This document shows positions 28,388-38,326 of a stretch of 64,000 nucleotides of DNA, piece by piece (position 1 is the stretch's first letter; every line of letters begins with the position of its first letter). Made by a program: the position numbers and the translations under genes. This DNA is from an uncultured Candidatus Sumerlaeota bacterium (lineage in GTDB: Bacteria > Sumerlaeota > Sumerlaeia > UBA8349): NCBI GenBank assembly GCA_942493245.1, contig OW818685.1, forward strand, positions 3,452,389 to 3,516,388, read 5' to 3'. A model generated the notes under the pieces. The model searched no databases and was not told the DNA's origin. It saw only the letters and a list, made by a program, of their open reading frames with translations.

Positions 28388-30387
28388 CTGGTGGCGCAGC
28401 GAAGCCGCAACCCATAAAACCGCGAAAGGCGCGAAAAACGCGAAATTCGGCTTTCCCGTTTTTCCGTACTACATCTCGCAGAACCAACGCAAACCACGAT
28501 GATCTCATGAACAGAAAGAATGGAATGTGTAAACCCCTTAACGCAAAGACGCCAAGACGCAAGGACGCAGAGGGTTCCGGATGGCGAGGACGGCGCGATT
28601 CAAAACTCGAACCGAAAATAGGGATGGAATGTGCGGACGACAAAAACTGAAAATCCATGAACCTAAAAACCGCAGTTGACTCTTGCTCTCGTTCTGCAAG
28701 TGTAGCAAACTGAGTGCATGAACGAGAAAAATCTCTTCCCAACCCCTCACCCATTGGGTGACTCCAATGCGCCCGAGATCGAATCTCTGGTGGTGGACAC
28801 TTTTGGCGGCCGGGTCCACGTGGAGTGGGCGCCCCAGGCGGCCGTGACGCCTCTGGGGCAATTGCCGTTCTTCATCGAGTTCCTCAAGACGGCCCATCTT
28901 TTTGATGCCTGGGTTCAGGATTGCCCGCTGGAGTACCACAGCCCCAATGCCCCGGCCAAGCGCGACATTCTGGGGACGACTCTGCTGTGTCTGCTGGCGG
29001 GTCACACGCGCTACGCTCACATCGCGGCGATTCGGGCCGATGGGGTGAATCCGGAATTGCTCGGCATGTCGAAGGTGGCCAGCGAGGACTCGGTGCGCCG
29101 GGCGTTTCAGGCCGTGGATGGGGAGGAGTGCGCGCTCTGGCAAACCCATCACTTGCGGCGCTGTTACGAGGCTTTGTTGTGCGAGCCGTGGATTCTGGAT
29201 CTCGACACGACCGTCAAGCCGCTCTACGGCCGTCAGGAAGGGGCCGTGAAGGGCTACAACCCGCAGAAACCGGGCCGTCCCTCGCACACGTACCACACCT
29301 ACTTTCTGGCCAACCTGCGCCTGGTGCTCGACGTCGAGGTGCAGTCGGGCAACCGGACGGCGGCGAAGTACACGAGCCCCTCGTTCTTCTCCTTTCTCGA
29401 CACCCTGTCCCCCGAACAGCGGCCGGTCTTCGTGCGCGGCGACTGTGCCTTCGGCAACGACGCGGTCATGCGCGAGTGCGAGAAACGGGGACAGCCTTAC
29501 TTGTTCAAGTTGCGCCAGACTCAGAAAGTACGGGGGCTGATCGAGAAACTCTTTGCCCGCGAGGTGTGGGAGGACGCGGGCCAGGGCTGGGAGGGCGTGG
29601 AGTCGAAGTTACGCCTGAGCGGCTGGGAGCGCGAGCGCAAGGCCGTCGTCCTGCGTCGGCGCCTGAAAGGCGATCTGCTTTTGGCCAACCGCCCACAACC
29701 AGGACAGTTGGAACTGGCTTTTGTCGAGACACTCGAGACGGTGGGCCCGTACGAGTACGCCGTACTGGTGACGGACCTCGCGGGCGAAATCCTCACGTTG
29801 GCGCAGCACTACCGGGACCGGGCGGACTGCGAGAACGTCTTCGATGAGTTGAAGAACCAGTGGGGCTGGGGCGGGTTCACGAGTCGGGACCAGAAACGCT
29901 GCCAGATCATGGCGCGCCACACGGCTCTGGTCTACAACTGGTGGTCGCTGTTCGCGCGCCTGGCCCTGCCCGACAAACACCACGAGGCGCAGACCAGCCG
30001 CCCGCTTCTTCTGCACGCCGTGGGCAAGCAGACGCAACACGCCGGTCAGACCACGCTGACCCTGACGAGCCTGCATGCCGAGTCGGCCTCCATCCGCAAA
30101 GTTTTGCGCGGTTTGACGGGCTTTTTCCAGCACCTTCGCAAGGCTGCGGAGCAGTTGGATTGGACTGAGCGCTGGCGGCTGATTCTGAGTCGCGCCTTCG
30201 TCGTCTTTCTGAAAGGAAGACTCCTCGGCGTACCGGGAAAACCCGCCCTCGGATGCACTTGAGCGACAAACACCGGCGCCCAAGGCCCTTGGGCAGGGTT
30301 CAACTGCTGTTTTTAGGATGAATCTTTGCATCTCTGCACCTTTGCGACTTTGCGTTAAAATTGGTTGCGGCTTTGCTGCGCCAGGAA
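28388..30387 (+). mobile_element. insertion sequence, IS1380/IS4-like, with long imperfect terminal inverted repeats
   Basis: Single DDE transposase ORF flanked by CCTGGTGGCGCAGCGAAGCCGCAACC... (28388 onward) and its reverse complement ...GGTTGCGGCTTTGCTGCGCCAGG (ending about 30387). A second IR-like copy TTAACGCAAAGACGC sits at about 28538, and the inner segment CCTAAAAACCGCAGTTGAC (28662) matches the reverse complement of 30300-30320. The left end is about 200 bp longer than the right. Confidence 0.75.
28718..30262 (+). CDS. DDE transposase (IS1380/IS4-like)
   Basis: 514 aa; ..KGYNPQKPGRPSHTYHTYF.., ..VFVRGDCAFGNDAVM.., and C-terminal ..YRDRADCENVFDELKNQWGWGGF.. (Y-R-E-K signature region). 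Confidence 0.8.
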   Translation: MNEKNLFPTPHPLGDSNAPEIESLVVDTFGGRVHVEWAPQAAVTPLGQLPFFIEFLKTAHLFDAWVQDCPLEYHSPNAPAKRDILGTTLLCLLAGHTRYAHIAAIRADGVNPELLGMSKVASEDSVRRAFQAVDGEECALWQTHHLRRCYEALLCEPWILDLDTTVKPLYGRQEGAVKGYNPQKPGRPSHTYHTYFLANLRLVLDVEVQSGNRTAAKYTSPSFFSFLDTLSPEQRPVFVRGDCAFGNDAVMRECEKRGQPYLFKLRQTQKVRGLIEKLFAREVWEDAGQGWEGVESKLRLSGWERERKAVVLRRRLKGDLLLANRPQPGQLELAFVETLETVGPYEYAVLVTDLAGEILTLAQHYRDRADCENVFDELKNQWGWGGFTSRDQKRCQIMARHTALVYNWWSLFARLALPDKHHEAQTSRPLLLHAVGKQTQHAGQTTLTLTSLHAESASIRKVLRGLTGFFQHLRKAAEQLDWTERWRLILSRAFVVFLKGRLLGVPGKPALGCT

Positions 30388-30640
30388 GAAAGTGTTCTCC
30401 CTGGGACCGCTTTCTCCCCATAAATAGGGCCTTTCTGGGAGGCCGGGCGTCTCGCCCGCCTGAAAGAAAACCGGACACAGGCGTTCAACTGTGGTCCAAA
30501 ATCTACGCAAGCGACAGTGATTCTGCGAGAGAGTCGTACAAACGATCACCCTCCCCCGAAACCATTCGGAAGAGGGTGATTTAGAACTTCGAAAAATTAC
30601 GTTCCCGACCTTCGAAAACCGCGCCGGGCGCGGTTCCCTG

Positions 30641-31429
30641 TCAGTTCGAGACCGACGCTTTTCTACTCGCTCCGGACTTCGACCCGGAATCGGCCGCTTT
30701 TTCCGCCTTTGCGGCGGCCTTCGGCTCAGCTGGCGCCGCGAGGGCGCCCTTCGCGTCATCGTCCGCGGATTTGGGAGCGCTGTCGGCCTTGGCGGCTTTT
30801 TCGGCCGCCGGTTTAGCCTCGTCGGCAACCGGTTTCTTTTCACCCTTGTCCACCGCCGGGGTCTCTCCAATTCCGGCAAAAGGATCACTCTTATTGCCCG
30901 AGGTCGTAGAATTCATCTTAGGCCCACGCACCTTGACTTTATTGCCCCCCTTCTCCGTCTGGGTCATGGTAATCTCTTCCCCGGCCATGGTCATCCCCTT
31001 CTGCAACACGACAGGACTTCCCGTAAGAACCGTTCTTTTCTCCTCCACATAGGAACGCAATTCCAGACAAGTGGCCTTGACGTCCTTGCTGCGAACCTTC
31101 ACACGATGCCCCGAGACCGTTGATTTGGCGATCAGACACTTTTTGGCCGCGTCAAAGATCAACAGGTCGCACTGCAAGTCCAGATCCTGCGAGACCAGAA
31201 TCACATTATCCGTCATTTGAAATTGCGAGACTTCACCCTTTTCATCGGTCTCGATGTTCAATTCCCCATCCGCCTTCAAATCCTTCAAACCGGGCAACAG
31301 TTTTTCCGGACTGAAAGACGCCGCGCCCCCTTCTTCATCCTGCGCCCAAACTGTCACAGGAGCCAATCCAGCCGAAAACAGACAACCGGCAATCAACACT
31401 CCCCCACAGAACTCCGCGAATCGTTTCAT
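30641..31429 (-). CDS. LptA/OstA-like periplasmic LPS transport protein with an Ala/Lys-rich C-terminal tail
   Basis: Signal peptide, OstA-like beta-jellyroll region, low-complexity C-terminus; sits downstream of the lptC-like gene. Confidence 0.55.
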   Translation of the reverse strand: MKRFAEFCGGVLIAGCLFSAGLAPVTVWAQDEEGGAASFSPEKLLPGLKDLKADGELNIETDEKGEVSQFQMTDNVILVSQDLDLQCDLLIFDAAKKCLIAKSTVSGHRVKVRSKDVKATCLELRSYVEEKRTVLTGSPVVLQKGMTMAGEEITMTQTEKGGNKVKVRGPKMNSTTSGNKSDPFAGIGETPAVDKGEKKPVADEAKPAAEKAAKADSAPKSADDDAKGALAAPAEPKAAAKAEKAADSGSKSGASRKASVSN

Positions 31430-31505
31430 CCGTATCTCTCACTTTCCTCCCTCAACAGGGACTCGAAGTTTTTGCCCGATCGGCCCAGCGGACACCGGGC
31501 GGCGA

Positions 31506-32318
31506 TTATTTCCTGACTTTGGATTTGGCCTTCGACGCGGGTTTCTTGACCCCCACACTGTCGGCTTTCGTTTCGGCGGCGGGAGCCGCCTTTGGACTTT
31601 CCACTGCGGCTGGCTCTCCAGTCGGAACCGTATTTTCCGTGTTTGTCGTCGAATTTTCTATTATAAAGTTGATCGGACCGGTGCAATGGATTTTTCGGAG
31701 GGATTGGTTCGTCTTGAACCCCTTGGCTTCGATTACGACCTTCCCCCCCCCGTCGGCGGGCATGCTCAACTCGACATCGCCGCCCGCGCTCACAATTGAA
31801 ACCGTTGTCTCCTCGTCCGCTCCCACCTGAGCGACGCCCGTGGGAACATTGAGGTAAAACAGACTGGGCGCCTTGATGGTTTTTCCATTGGCGTTGATGT
31901 CCACTCCCCCCTCGAGGTAAACGTCGCCACTGCGGGGACGCGCTCCCGTCATGTACTCCGGCACCACCTGCTTTTTCGTGGGACTCTTGGTGTAAAAAAC
32001 GCCAGAACCACTGCGAAACAACATCTCCTGTGTTCCGGAGGTAAAGTGCATCCCCACTTGATTGAGTGTCGCCAAGTTCTGGGCCAAGTCCATCGTGGCC
32101 GACGTGGCCTGCAGCACATTGGTGGTTTTCAGTCCGGTGAACGTCCGAACCTCTAACCCTTTGATCTCAAACGCGCCCATTTGTTCCCGTTCATCTTTTT
32201 TTTCCTGCATCGCCGGCTCTTCCTGGGTCCGGCACGCCCCCAGAGAAAACGCCAGAGCGCCCGCCATCAGGCAGGCCCAGCCGTATTTCCAGAAACTCAG
32301 TTGTCTCATGTTACACAT
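31506..32318 (-). CDS. LptC-like/OstA-like lipoprotein
   Basis: Lipobox-like N-terminus (LAFSLGAC), OstA-like fold region, Lys/Ala-rich C-terminal tail; position between the acyltransferase and lptA-like genes. Confidence 0.45.
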   Translation of the reverse strand: MCNMRQLSFWKYGWACLMAGALAFSLGACRTQEEPAMQEKKDEREQMGAFEIKGLEVRTFTGLKTTNVLQATSATMDLAQNLATLNQVGMHFTSGTQEMLFRSGSGVFYTKSPTKKQVVPEYMTGARPRSGDVYLEGGVDINANGKTIKAPSLFYLNVPTGVAQVGADEETTVSIVSAGGDVELSMPADGGGKVVIEAKGFKTNQSLRKIHCTGPINFIIENSTTNTENTVPTGEPAAVESPKAAPAAETKADSVGVKKPASKAKSKVRK

Positions 32319-32489
32319 CGTTTTCCTCGCTTGTGCTCTTCAGAGCCCGTATGGAAAGCCTGGCATCGAACGGGACTGTTCCTCTGAGGAGTCCGCTCTT
32401 TCTTTTTTTCTTTTCTCGCGCCAATCGGGAGATTGGCGTTCCCGGGAGAACCGCATTTTCCCGGGATCCCGGCTCCCGGACCTATCGCT

Positions 32490-33449
32490 TCAGGCGTCCA
32501 CCCGTATCGGGGGCGGCCCGTCCTCGGGGCGGTGCCGCCAGCGCCGGTGCATCCACATCCACTGTTCCGGATGGCGACGCACCACGTCTTCGATTCGATC
32601 GGTAAAGGACTGCGTGATTTCGGCAATCCATTCCGATTCGTCCTTCGCCTCCGGTTCGGGCAACGGTTTTATTTCCAGGACAGAGCGATTCGGATCCTCC
32701 GGGTCAAACGAGGCAAACGCGGTAAAAACCCGGGCGCGCCCCATGCGGGCCAGACGGCCGATGCCGGTCTGGGTCCAGGCGGGGCGGCCAAAGAAGTTGA
32801 CGAAAATCCCCTCGCCTCGCGTCGTGTCCATGTCGCCCACCACGCCCAGCATGTTGCCCGAGCGCAGAAACCGGACATAATCGCGCCCGGTTTTACCCCG
32901 CAGAAAAACCTTCTCACCACACAGACTGCGCTGCTCCAGAAGGAGGCGTTCGAGGTGGGGGTTGCTCAATTCCCGCGCCACCACGCCCACCTCACAGGGC
33001 AGACTGCGCACAAAAGGGACCACGCCCAGTTCCCAGTTGCCGAAATGCGCCGTGACCATCACAATCCCGCGCCCCTGGGCGATGACCTCACGCACCTGCT
33101 CCATCCCCTCGACCCGCATGCCCTGCAGAATCTCGTCCACGCGCCCGGACGACACATAGGCCGCCTCGACCACCCCCAGGCCCGCCGTGCGGAACACCCC
33201 GCGGGCGATTTCCAGACGCTGCGCTTCCGAAAGTTCGTTCCCGTAGGCCAGTTGCAGATTTTCGAGGATTCGCTGGCGGTCGAGATGCGCCAGGTAATAC
33301 ACCATCGAACCTAAGAAAGCCCCTATCCGGCGCGCAACGGATAAGGGCAAACGCACCATCACGATCCGAACCGCGATGGTCAGATAATACACCATTTTGT
33401 GGCGAACCTTGCGAGTCCGCTGTTTCAACTTTTTACGAAACGCGCTCAA
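32490..33449 (-). CDS. lipid A biosynthesis (Kdo2-lipid IVA) acyltransferase, LpxL/HtrB family
   Basis: 319 aa with an N-terminal membrane anchor and a lysophospholipid-acyltransferase-like core (..VTAHFGNWE..); overlaps the kdsC stop by 4 nt, suggesting translational coupling. Confidence 0.7.
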   Translation of the reverse strand: MSAFRKKLKQRTRKVRHKMVYYLTIAVRIVMVRLPLSVARRIGAFLGSMVYYLAHLDRQRILENLQLAYGNELSEAQRLEIARGVFRTAGLGVVEAAYVSSGRVDEILQGMRVEGMEQVREVIAQGRGIVMVTAHFGNWELGVVPFVRSLPCEVGVVARELSNPHLERLLLEQRSLCGEKVFLRGKTGRDYVRFLRSGNMLGVVGDMDTTRGEGIFVNFFGRPAWTQTGIGRLARMGRARVFTAFASFDPEDPNRSVLEIKPLPEPEAKDESEWIAEITQSFTDRIEDVVRRHPEQWMWMHRRWRHRPEDGPPPIRVDA

Positions 33450-34009
33450 CAGCCCGGTGACTCGCTTTCCTGAATCTCAATCCGGAGGTAGTTGGCCACC
33501 AGTTCGGCCCACTGCCCCTGTGCCCGCAACAGCGCTTCGGCCACCTCGCGCACGGCGCCCTGCCCGCCACTGCTGCGCGTCACTCCGTGTACCCGTTCGA
33601 GCACTTCGGGCTGCGCCTCGGGAACGGAGAGCGCCAGACCGGCCCGCAGGAGGACCGGCAAGTCTATCAGATCGTCCCCCATGTACGCCATCTCATCCGG
33701 AGCCACCCCCAGCCGCACCAGCATCGCCTCGACCACCGGCCATTTGCGCAGCGCGCGCTGATGCACCTCTTCCACGCCCAGATCAGCCGCCAATTGCGTC
33801 ACAGCCAGCGACTCATGGCCGGAGACGAAAGCGACCCGAATGCCCGCGCGCAACAGGTACTTGATGCCGGCCCGGTCGCGCACATTGAAACACTTGAGCG
33901 GAACCTCGCCCCCCAGGTAAACCCCACCGTCGGTCAGGACGCCATCTACGTCCAACACCAATAACCGAACGCGCCGCAATCTGTCCTGGAGAAGAGTTTC
34001 GTCAAGCAT
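33446..34009 (-). CDS. kdsC: 3-deoxy-D-manno-octulosonate 8-phosphate phosphatase (HAD family)
   Basis: 187 aa, LLVLDVDGVLTDGGVYL...MGDDLIDLPVL; KdsC-like length and motifs. Confidence 0.8.
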   Translation of the reverse strand: MLDETLLQDRLRRVRLLVLDVDGVLTDGGVYLGGEVPLKCFNVRDRAGIKYLLRAGIRVAFVSGHESLAVTQLAADLGVEEVHQRALRKWPVVEAMLVRLGVAPDEMAYMGDDLIDLPVLLRAGLALSVPEAQPEVLERVHGVTRSSGGQGAVREVAEALLRAQGQWAELVANYLRIEIQESESPGC

Positions 34010-34043
34010 CGAGGTTCCGGCGCTGGGACGCAGGTCACAGGCT

Positions 34044-35675
34044 CTATTTCTTTCGGGTTTTTTTCAGGTCTTCCAACTGTTGGGCCAAGTCGGGACGCAT
34101 GACCTGACTCGACGAGACAAAACCGAACGAGGACATAAGACTTTCGGAAGAGGACCGTCCGAGCGGTTGATCCACCAGACGCGCCACCGTTTCTTCCGTC
34201 CCGGACTCCGGTTCATCCGGCGCGCCGGGCTGCCAGGCCTTCTGCGTCATGATCCCGACTCGCTTTTTCCGTTTGGCTCCCACTTCCTGAGCCTCGGGCG
34301 GGGCCTGCCCCGCAGGCGCTTCAAAAATCTCACGCTCCGCAAACAACCACCCCACCCGCATCCACCGTTCGTATTCGCGGGGCGTGGCCAGAGTGACCCG
34401 GGGCGTCTGGACCACATTCGAGCGGCAAATGCAGAGAAATTCGCCTTCCGAACTCAACACCCCCAATTCGGCGCACCAGTAGCGACCGGGGTCGGGCAGA
34501 TGCTGGTACCACGAGGAAGTCTGGTCGTCAATCGCCGTTTCAATCACCCGCTGAGCGTTCTGGCCATCGAAGTCGGGCACGTCGGTTACATCGTGCCAGC
34601 GCAGCATGAGCCGTCCCTGATGCGCCCCACGCGGAATCCAGAAACGGTCGCGGGTCTTCGCGTCAATCTCCCAGTACACGAACACCCACTCCGGGTCGCG
34701 CACCAAAAGCCGGACATAGGTCTCGTCGTAGAAATCCGGAAGTCCATATCCCGCCGGAGGCGTCGGATAGAGGATCTCGCAATCGCGACTCACATCGAAC
34801 TTTTTCGATTCGACCTCGACCTGCGGATTGTCCACCGACACGGGCGGTTTTTCGACGTCCAGAACTTCGACAGGCCCCCCCGTTTTCCGCGACGTCGCCT
34901 TTTTCAGCGCGGCTTTGGGGACCGCGGCCTTTCGGGCCGTAGTCGTTTTCGGGAGCACCTTCTCTACGGCAGGAGCAGAGGCGCTCAGAATCAGTTCTTC
35001 GGGCTTTTTCGAGACAGAAACGGTTTTCTTGACGGCGCTTTTGGGGGCCACCGTCTTTTTGACGGCAGGTTTCACAGAAGCGGTCTTGGCGGGATCGGTT
35101 TTCAGCGCCGCGGATTTCTGGACGGCCACCTTCTTGACCACCGCCTTGGAGGCGCCCGTTTTTTTAACAGCCGTCTTTTTTCCCACGGTCTTTTTCGCCA
35201 CTGTTTTCTTAACGGCTACTTTCTTTTCCACAGCCTTGGGGGCCACCGATTTTGCGACCGCTTTCTTTTTTTCGGTCGTTTTTTTCGGAGCGGTTTCTAC
35301 GGATTTTTCCGTCACGGTTTTCTTCGTGACGGCTTTTTTTGCCACAACCTTTTTGACTGCGGGTTTTGCGGCAGACGTTTTCTTAGCGGTCGTATTTTTC
35401 GGAATAGGCTCTTCGGACTTTTTCGAAGCGGTGGTCTTTGTGGCGGGCGTCCCGGTCGAAAGCGCAGCTTTTTTCACCGTTTTGGAAACAGAGGACTTAG
35501 CCGCCTCCGTCTTCTTTGCCTCAACGGGTTCCTTGGCCACTTTCAGGGCCGTTTTTTTGACTGTCCTGGGGGTGAGCGATTTCACTACCGCCGTCTTTTT
35601 GACCGAGGTTTTCACGCTCTCCGTTTTTTTAGAAACGGCTGCTTTTGCGGTGGTTTTCTTTGTACTGATAACCAT
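34044..35675 (-). CDS. histone H1-like Lys/Ala-repeat protein with a C-terminal DUF4912 domain
   Basis: About 300 aa of KKAVAKK/KKTVAKK-type repeats followed by a globular C-terminal domain (..LLVRDPEWVFVYWEIDAKTRD...GRLMLRWHDVTD..). ATG at 35675 is preceded by a GGAGGGG ribosome-binding site. Confidence 0.7.
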   Translation of the reverse strand: MVISTKKTTAKAAVSKKTESVKTSVKKTAVVKSLTPRTVKKTALKVAKEPVEAKKTEAAKSSVSKTVKKAALSTGTPATKTTASKKSEEPIPKNTTAKKTSAAKPAVKKVVAKKAVTKKTVTEKSVETAPKKTTEKKKAVAKSVAPKAVEKKVAVKKTVAKKTVGKKTAVKKTGASKAVVKKVAVQKSAALKTDPAKTASVKPAVKKTVAPKSAVKKTVSVSKKPEELILSASAPAVEKVLPKTTTARKAAVPKAALKKATSRKTGGPVEVLDVEKPPVSVDNPQVEVESKKFDVSRDCEILYPTPPAGYGLPDFYDETYVRLLVRDPEWVFVYWEIDAKTRDRFWIPRGAHQGRLMLRWHDVTDVPDFDGQNAQRVIETAIDDQTSSWYQHLPDPGRYWCAELGVLSSEGEFLCICRSNVVQTPRVTLATPREYERWMRVGWLFAEREIFEAPAGQAPPEAQEVGAKRKKRVGIMTQKAWQPGAPDEPESGTEETVARLVDQPLGRSSSESLMSSFGFVSSSQVMRPDLAQQLEDLKKTRKK

Positions 35676-35680
35676 CCCCT
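34830..35680. repeat. coding low-complexity tandem repeats (Lys/Ala/Thr/Val-rich)
   Basis: Repetitive DNA encoding KKTVAKK-like units; the antisense translation is equally repetitive. Confidence 0.5.
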
Positions 35681-35754
35681 CCGCCCTTCCCGGCTCTGGA
35701 GAAGCCGCCCGCCCGTTCCAAGCCTTCAACCTGCGCCTCAACCGGTGCGGACTA

Positions 35755-36633
35755 TTACGCCTCTTCTTCTCCGATCGGATCGTGCTTCTGGTTCGTCAAA
35801 ATAGCCAAAAGACTCGCCAGTGTCGCTTTCATCTGCCCCCGATGCACAATAAGATCAATAAATCCGTGGTCCTGCACAAATTCAGCGCGTTGGAATCCCC
35901 GCGGCAGAACCTGGCGGATTGTCTGCTCGATCACACGCGGACCGGCAAAATAGACCATCGCGCCCGGCTCGGCGATAATCAGATCGCCCAGCGAAGAGAA
36001 CGAAGCGGCCACTCCCGCGCCCGTCGGATCGGTCAACACCGGCACATAGGGAATTCGCGCCTGACGCATTTTGGCAACCATGCCGCTCGTCTTGGCCATC
36101 TGCATGAGGGAAAGAATCCCTTCCTGCATGCGGGCGCCCCCGGCGGCACAGAAGATAACGGCCGGTTTGCGGGTTTCCAGACTGTGCTCGAACACGCGCG
36201 AGACCTTCTCGCCCACCACAGACCCCATACTGGCGGCGATGAACTGGGCGTCCATGAACCCCAGCGAGGCCTCGATCCCATAGATCTTGCCATAGCCGGT
36301 CAAGATCGCTTCGGTCAGTCCCGTGCGCTTCTGATATCGGGCAATCTGATCGGGATAGGAACGGATATCGTGGAAATTCAAGGGATCGGCTGTCTTGAGA
36401 TTTTCGTGAGTCTCGACAAAAGTGCCCTCATCCACCACGCTCGAAATCCGATCCACCGCCGTCATCTTCAAGTGGTAGTCGCACTTCAGGCAGACCAGCA
36501 GATTGCGCTCGAGATCGCGCGTGAGCATGATAATGCCGCATTTCGGGCATTTCGTACAAAGCCCCACGGGCACACGATCCTGCGGGATGGGCGCTTTGAT
36601 GGTTGAGTATTTCTGTCGCGCGAACCAGGACAT
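35755..36633 (-). CDS. accD: acetyl-CoA carboxylase carboxyltransferase subunit beta
   Basis: N-terminal zinc ribbon CTKCPKCGII...CLKCDYH and a carboxyltransferase domain. Confidence 0.9.
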   Translation of the reverse strand: MSWFARQKYSTIKAPIPQDRVPVGLCTKCPKCGIIMLTRDLERNLLVCLKCDYHLKMTAVDRISSVVDEGTFVETHENLKTADPLNFHDIRSYPDQIARYQKRTGLTEAILTGYGKIYGIEASLGFMDAQFIAASMGSVVGEKVSRVFEHSLETRKPAVIFCAAGGARMQEGILSLMQMAKTSGMVAKMRQARIPYVPVLTDPTGAGVAASFSSLGDLIIAEPGAMVYFAGPRVIEQTIRQVLPRGFQRAEFVQDHGFIDLIVHRGQMKATLASLLAILTNQKHDPIGEEEA

Positions 36634-36811
36634 ATCAGATTCTATCCCCTATTAAATGGCTGTCTGAGACTCTGTTTTCCCCCCGCGTCCGCAAACGTCG
36701 GACCGGGAGCGAAATCTTGAATCCATACCCATAACGGAACCGGAAGACCGTGTCAACGCCAAAAGCCCCTCCCCGGGCAGAACCTTCCCCGGGGGAAACC
36801 GGTCGGAATCC

Positions 36812-37024
36812 CTATTTCGCGAGAACCGTCTTCACCGTCCGTTCCCATTCTTCTTCCGTCAGAACGTCCGACTCATCCACCAGCATCACCGGAATCCCAT
36901 CCCGCACCTGATAACGGCGACGACACTCCCCATTGCCGCAGCAAAGCGTTTCACCCAGTTCCACCACCCGCGTTTTGCACAACGGGCACGCCAGAATTTC
37001 CAACAAGGTCGCATCAATCGGCAT
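36812..37024 (-). CDS. Trm112 family protein
   Basis: 70 aa, LLEILACPLCKTRV...RDGIPVMLVDES, the Trm112/UPF0434 pattern. Confidence 0.75.
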   Translation of the reverse strand: MPIDATLLEILACPLCKTRVVELGETLCCGNGECRRRYQVRDGIPVMLVDESDVLTEEEWERTVKTVLAK

Positions 37025-37162
37025 TCTGCGTTCTTGCCTCCCTCACGTGAAATTTTGATAAAATCAAACTCCCAGAACACACGATTCCCATTCTCCATCC
37101 CGCATCCGGTTTCCCGATACCTCAGCATAACCGCCCCACCGGAATCTGACAATGAAAAACCA

Positions 37163-38050
37163 TCATCCAGCGTCGCTAATTCGACGCGAGCCGGAAACAG
37201 CCTCCGGCAGCCGAAAAAGCCGGACCGTGTTGGCCCAGAGCGCTTCCATCAGGCTTTCTTCTGGAATGGCCCGTTCCGCCGCCAGCCGCGCCGCCGCGTA
37301 AGGCATCCAGGCCGGCTCATTGCGCGCCCCCCGTTTGGGAACCGGCGCCAGGTAGGGCGCATCGGTCTCGAGCAGGAGAGATTCCAGAGGAACTCCCCGC
37401 GCCGCCTCACGCCCCAAGTCGTTTGTTTTGAACGTAAGCGTCCCCCCGAACCCGAGAGAAAGCCCCAGATCCACGATCTCCCAAGCCTGCTCAGGGGTTC
37501 CACTGAAACAATGGACCACCCCTCCCACAGCCCCCACATCCTGTTCCCGTAGCAAATCCATGAACAGATCGTAGGCGTCGCGGCAATGCAGGACGAGCGG
37601 CAAGCCCACTTCGCGCGCCACCTCGACCTGCGCCTGAAAAGCGCGAACCTGCGCCTCGCGAGGCGCAAAATCGTAATAGAAATCCAGCCCGGCCTCTCCC
37701 ACCGCGACAAAGCCGGAGTTCCCGGAAGAAGTCACCGGTCCTGTTCGCAACAAATCCCGCAACTCGCGCGCGTGCGCGTCCGTCCATTCGGACGCATGGT
37801 GCGGGTGCATGCCCGCCGTGGCATACAATCCCTCACGCGAACGGGCCAGTTCGAGGGCCTCACGGCTTGCGGCCAAACAGTCACCCACCACCACGATCCG
37901 TTCGACCCCGGCCTGCCGGGCACGCTCAATTACCGCGTCTCGGTCCTCTTCAAAGCGGCGATCGGTCAAGTGGCAATGGGAATCTATCCAGCGCAACGGA
38001 GAAAGAGAAGGGGAAGGACTGCAAGCGGACATCGTGAAAGACAATCTCAT
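37163..38050 (-). CDS. TatD family metal-dependent hydrolase (DNase)
   Basis: WIDSHCHLTD near the N-terminus, later ..GEAGLDFYY.., ..HCFSG.., ..LLLETDAPYL... Start set at internal ATG 38050 (alternative 38032); the ORF is open from a GTG at 38221. Confidence 0.75.
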   Translation of the reverse strand: MRLSFTMSACSPSPSLSPLRWIDSHCHLTDRRFEEDRDAVIERARQAGVERIVVVGDCLAASREALELARSREGLYATAGMHPHHASEWTDAHARELRDLLRTGPVTSSGNSGFVAVGEAGLDFYYDFAPREAQVRAFQAQVEVAREVGLPLVLHCRDAYDLFMDLLREQDVGAVGGVVHCFSGTPEQAWEIVDLGLSLGFGGTLTFKTNDLGREAARGVPLESLLLETDAPYLAPVPKRGARNEPAWMPYAAARLAAERAIPEESLMEALWANTVRLFRLPEAVSGSRRISDAG

Positions 38051-38326
38051 CGGTTCTTCGAAGAATGACTCTTTTCCCCCATCGGGAGGGAATCGAGTGG
38101 GTTCTTTTGTACCACACCCGGGGCGGGAAAGAAACCCCGGAATCGGGCCTCTTTCGCGCAGCCTCATGGAAAAAGATCGTCTCCCGGATTCTTCTTGCCA
38201 AGTGTCCCCACCCTTTGACACAATATCGAGTAGAATCCTGTCGTATTTTTACTCGGCCATTTTGGGTGATTTTCGGCGGCGGGTTTCTCGGAATCGTCAC
38301 CATCTCTATTAGGAAGCAGACGAAAA

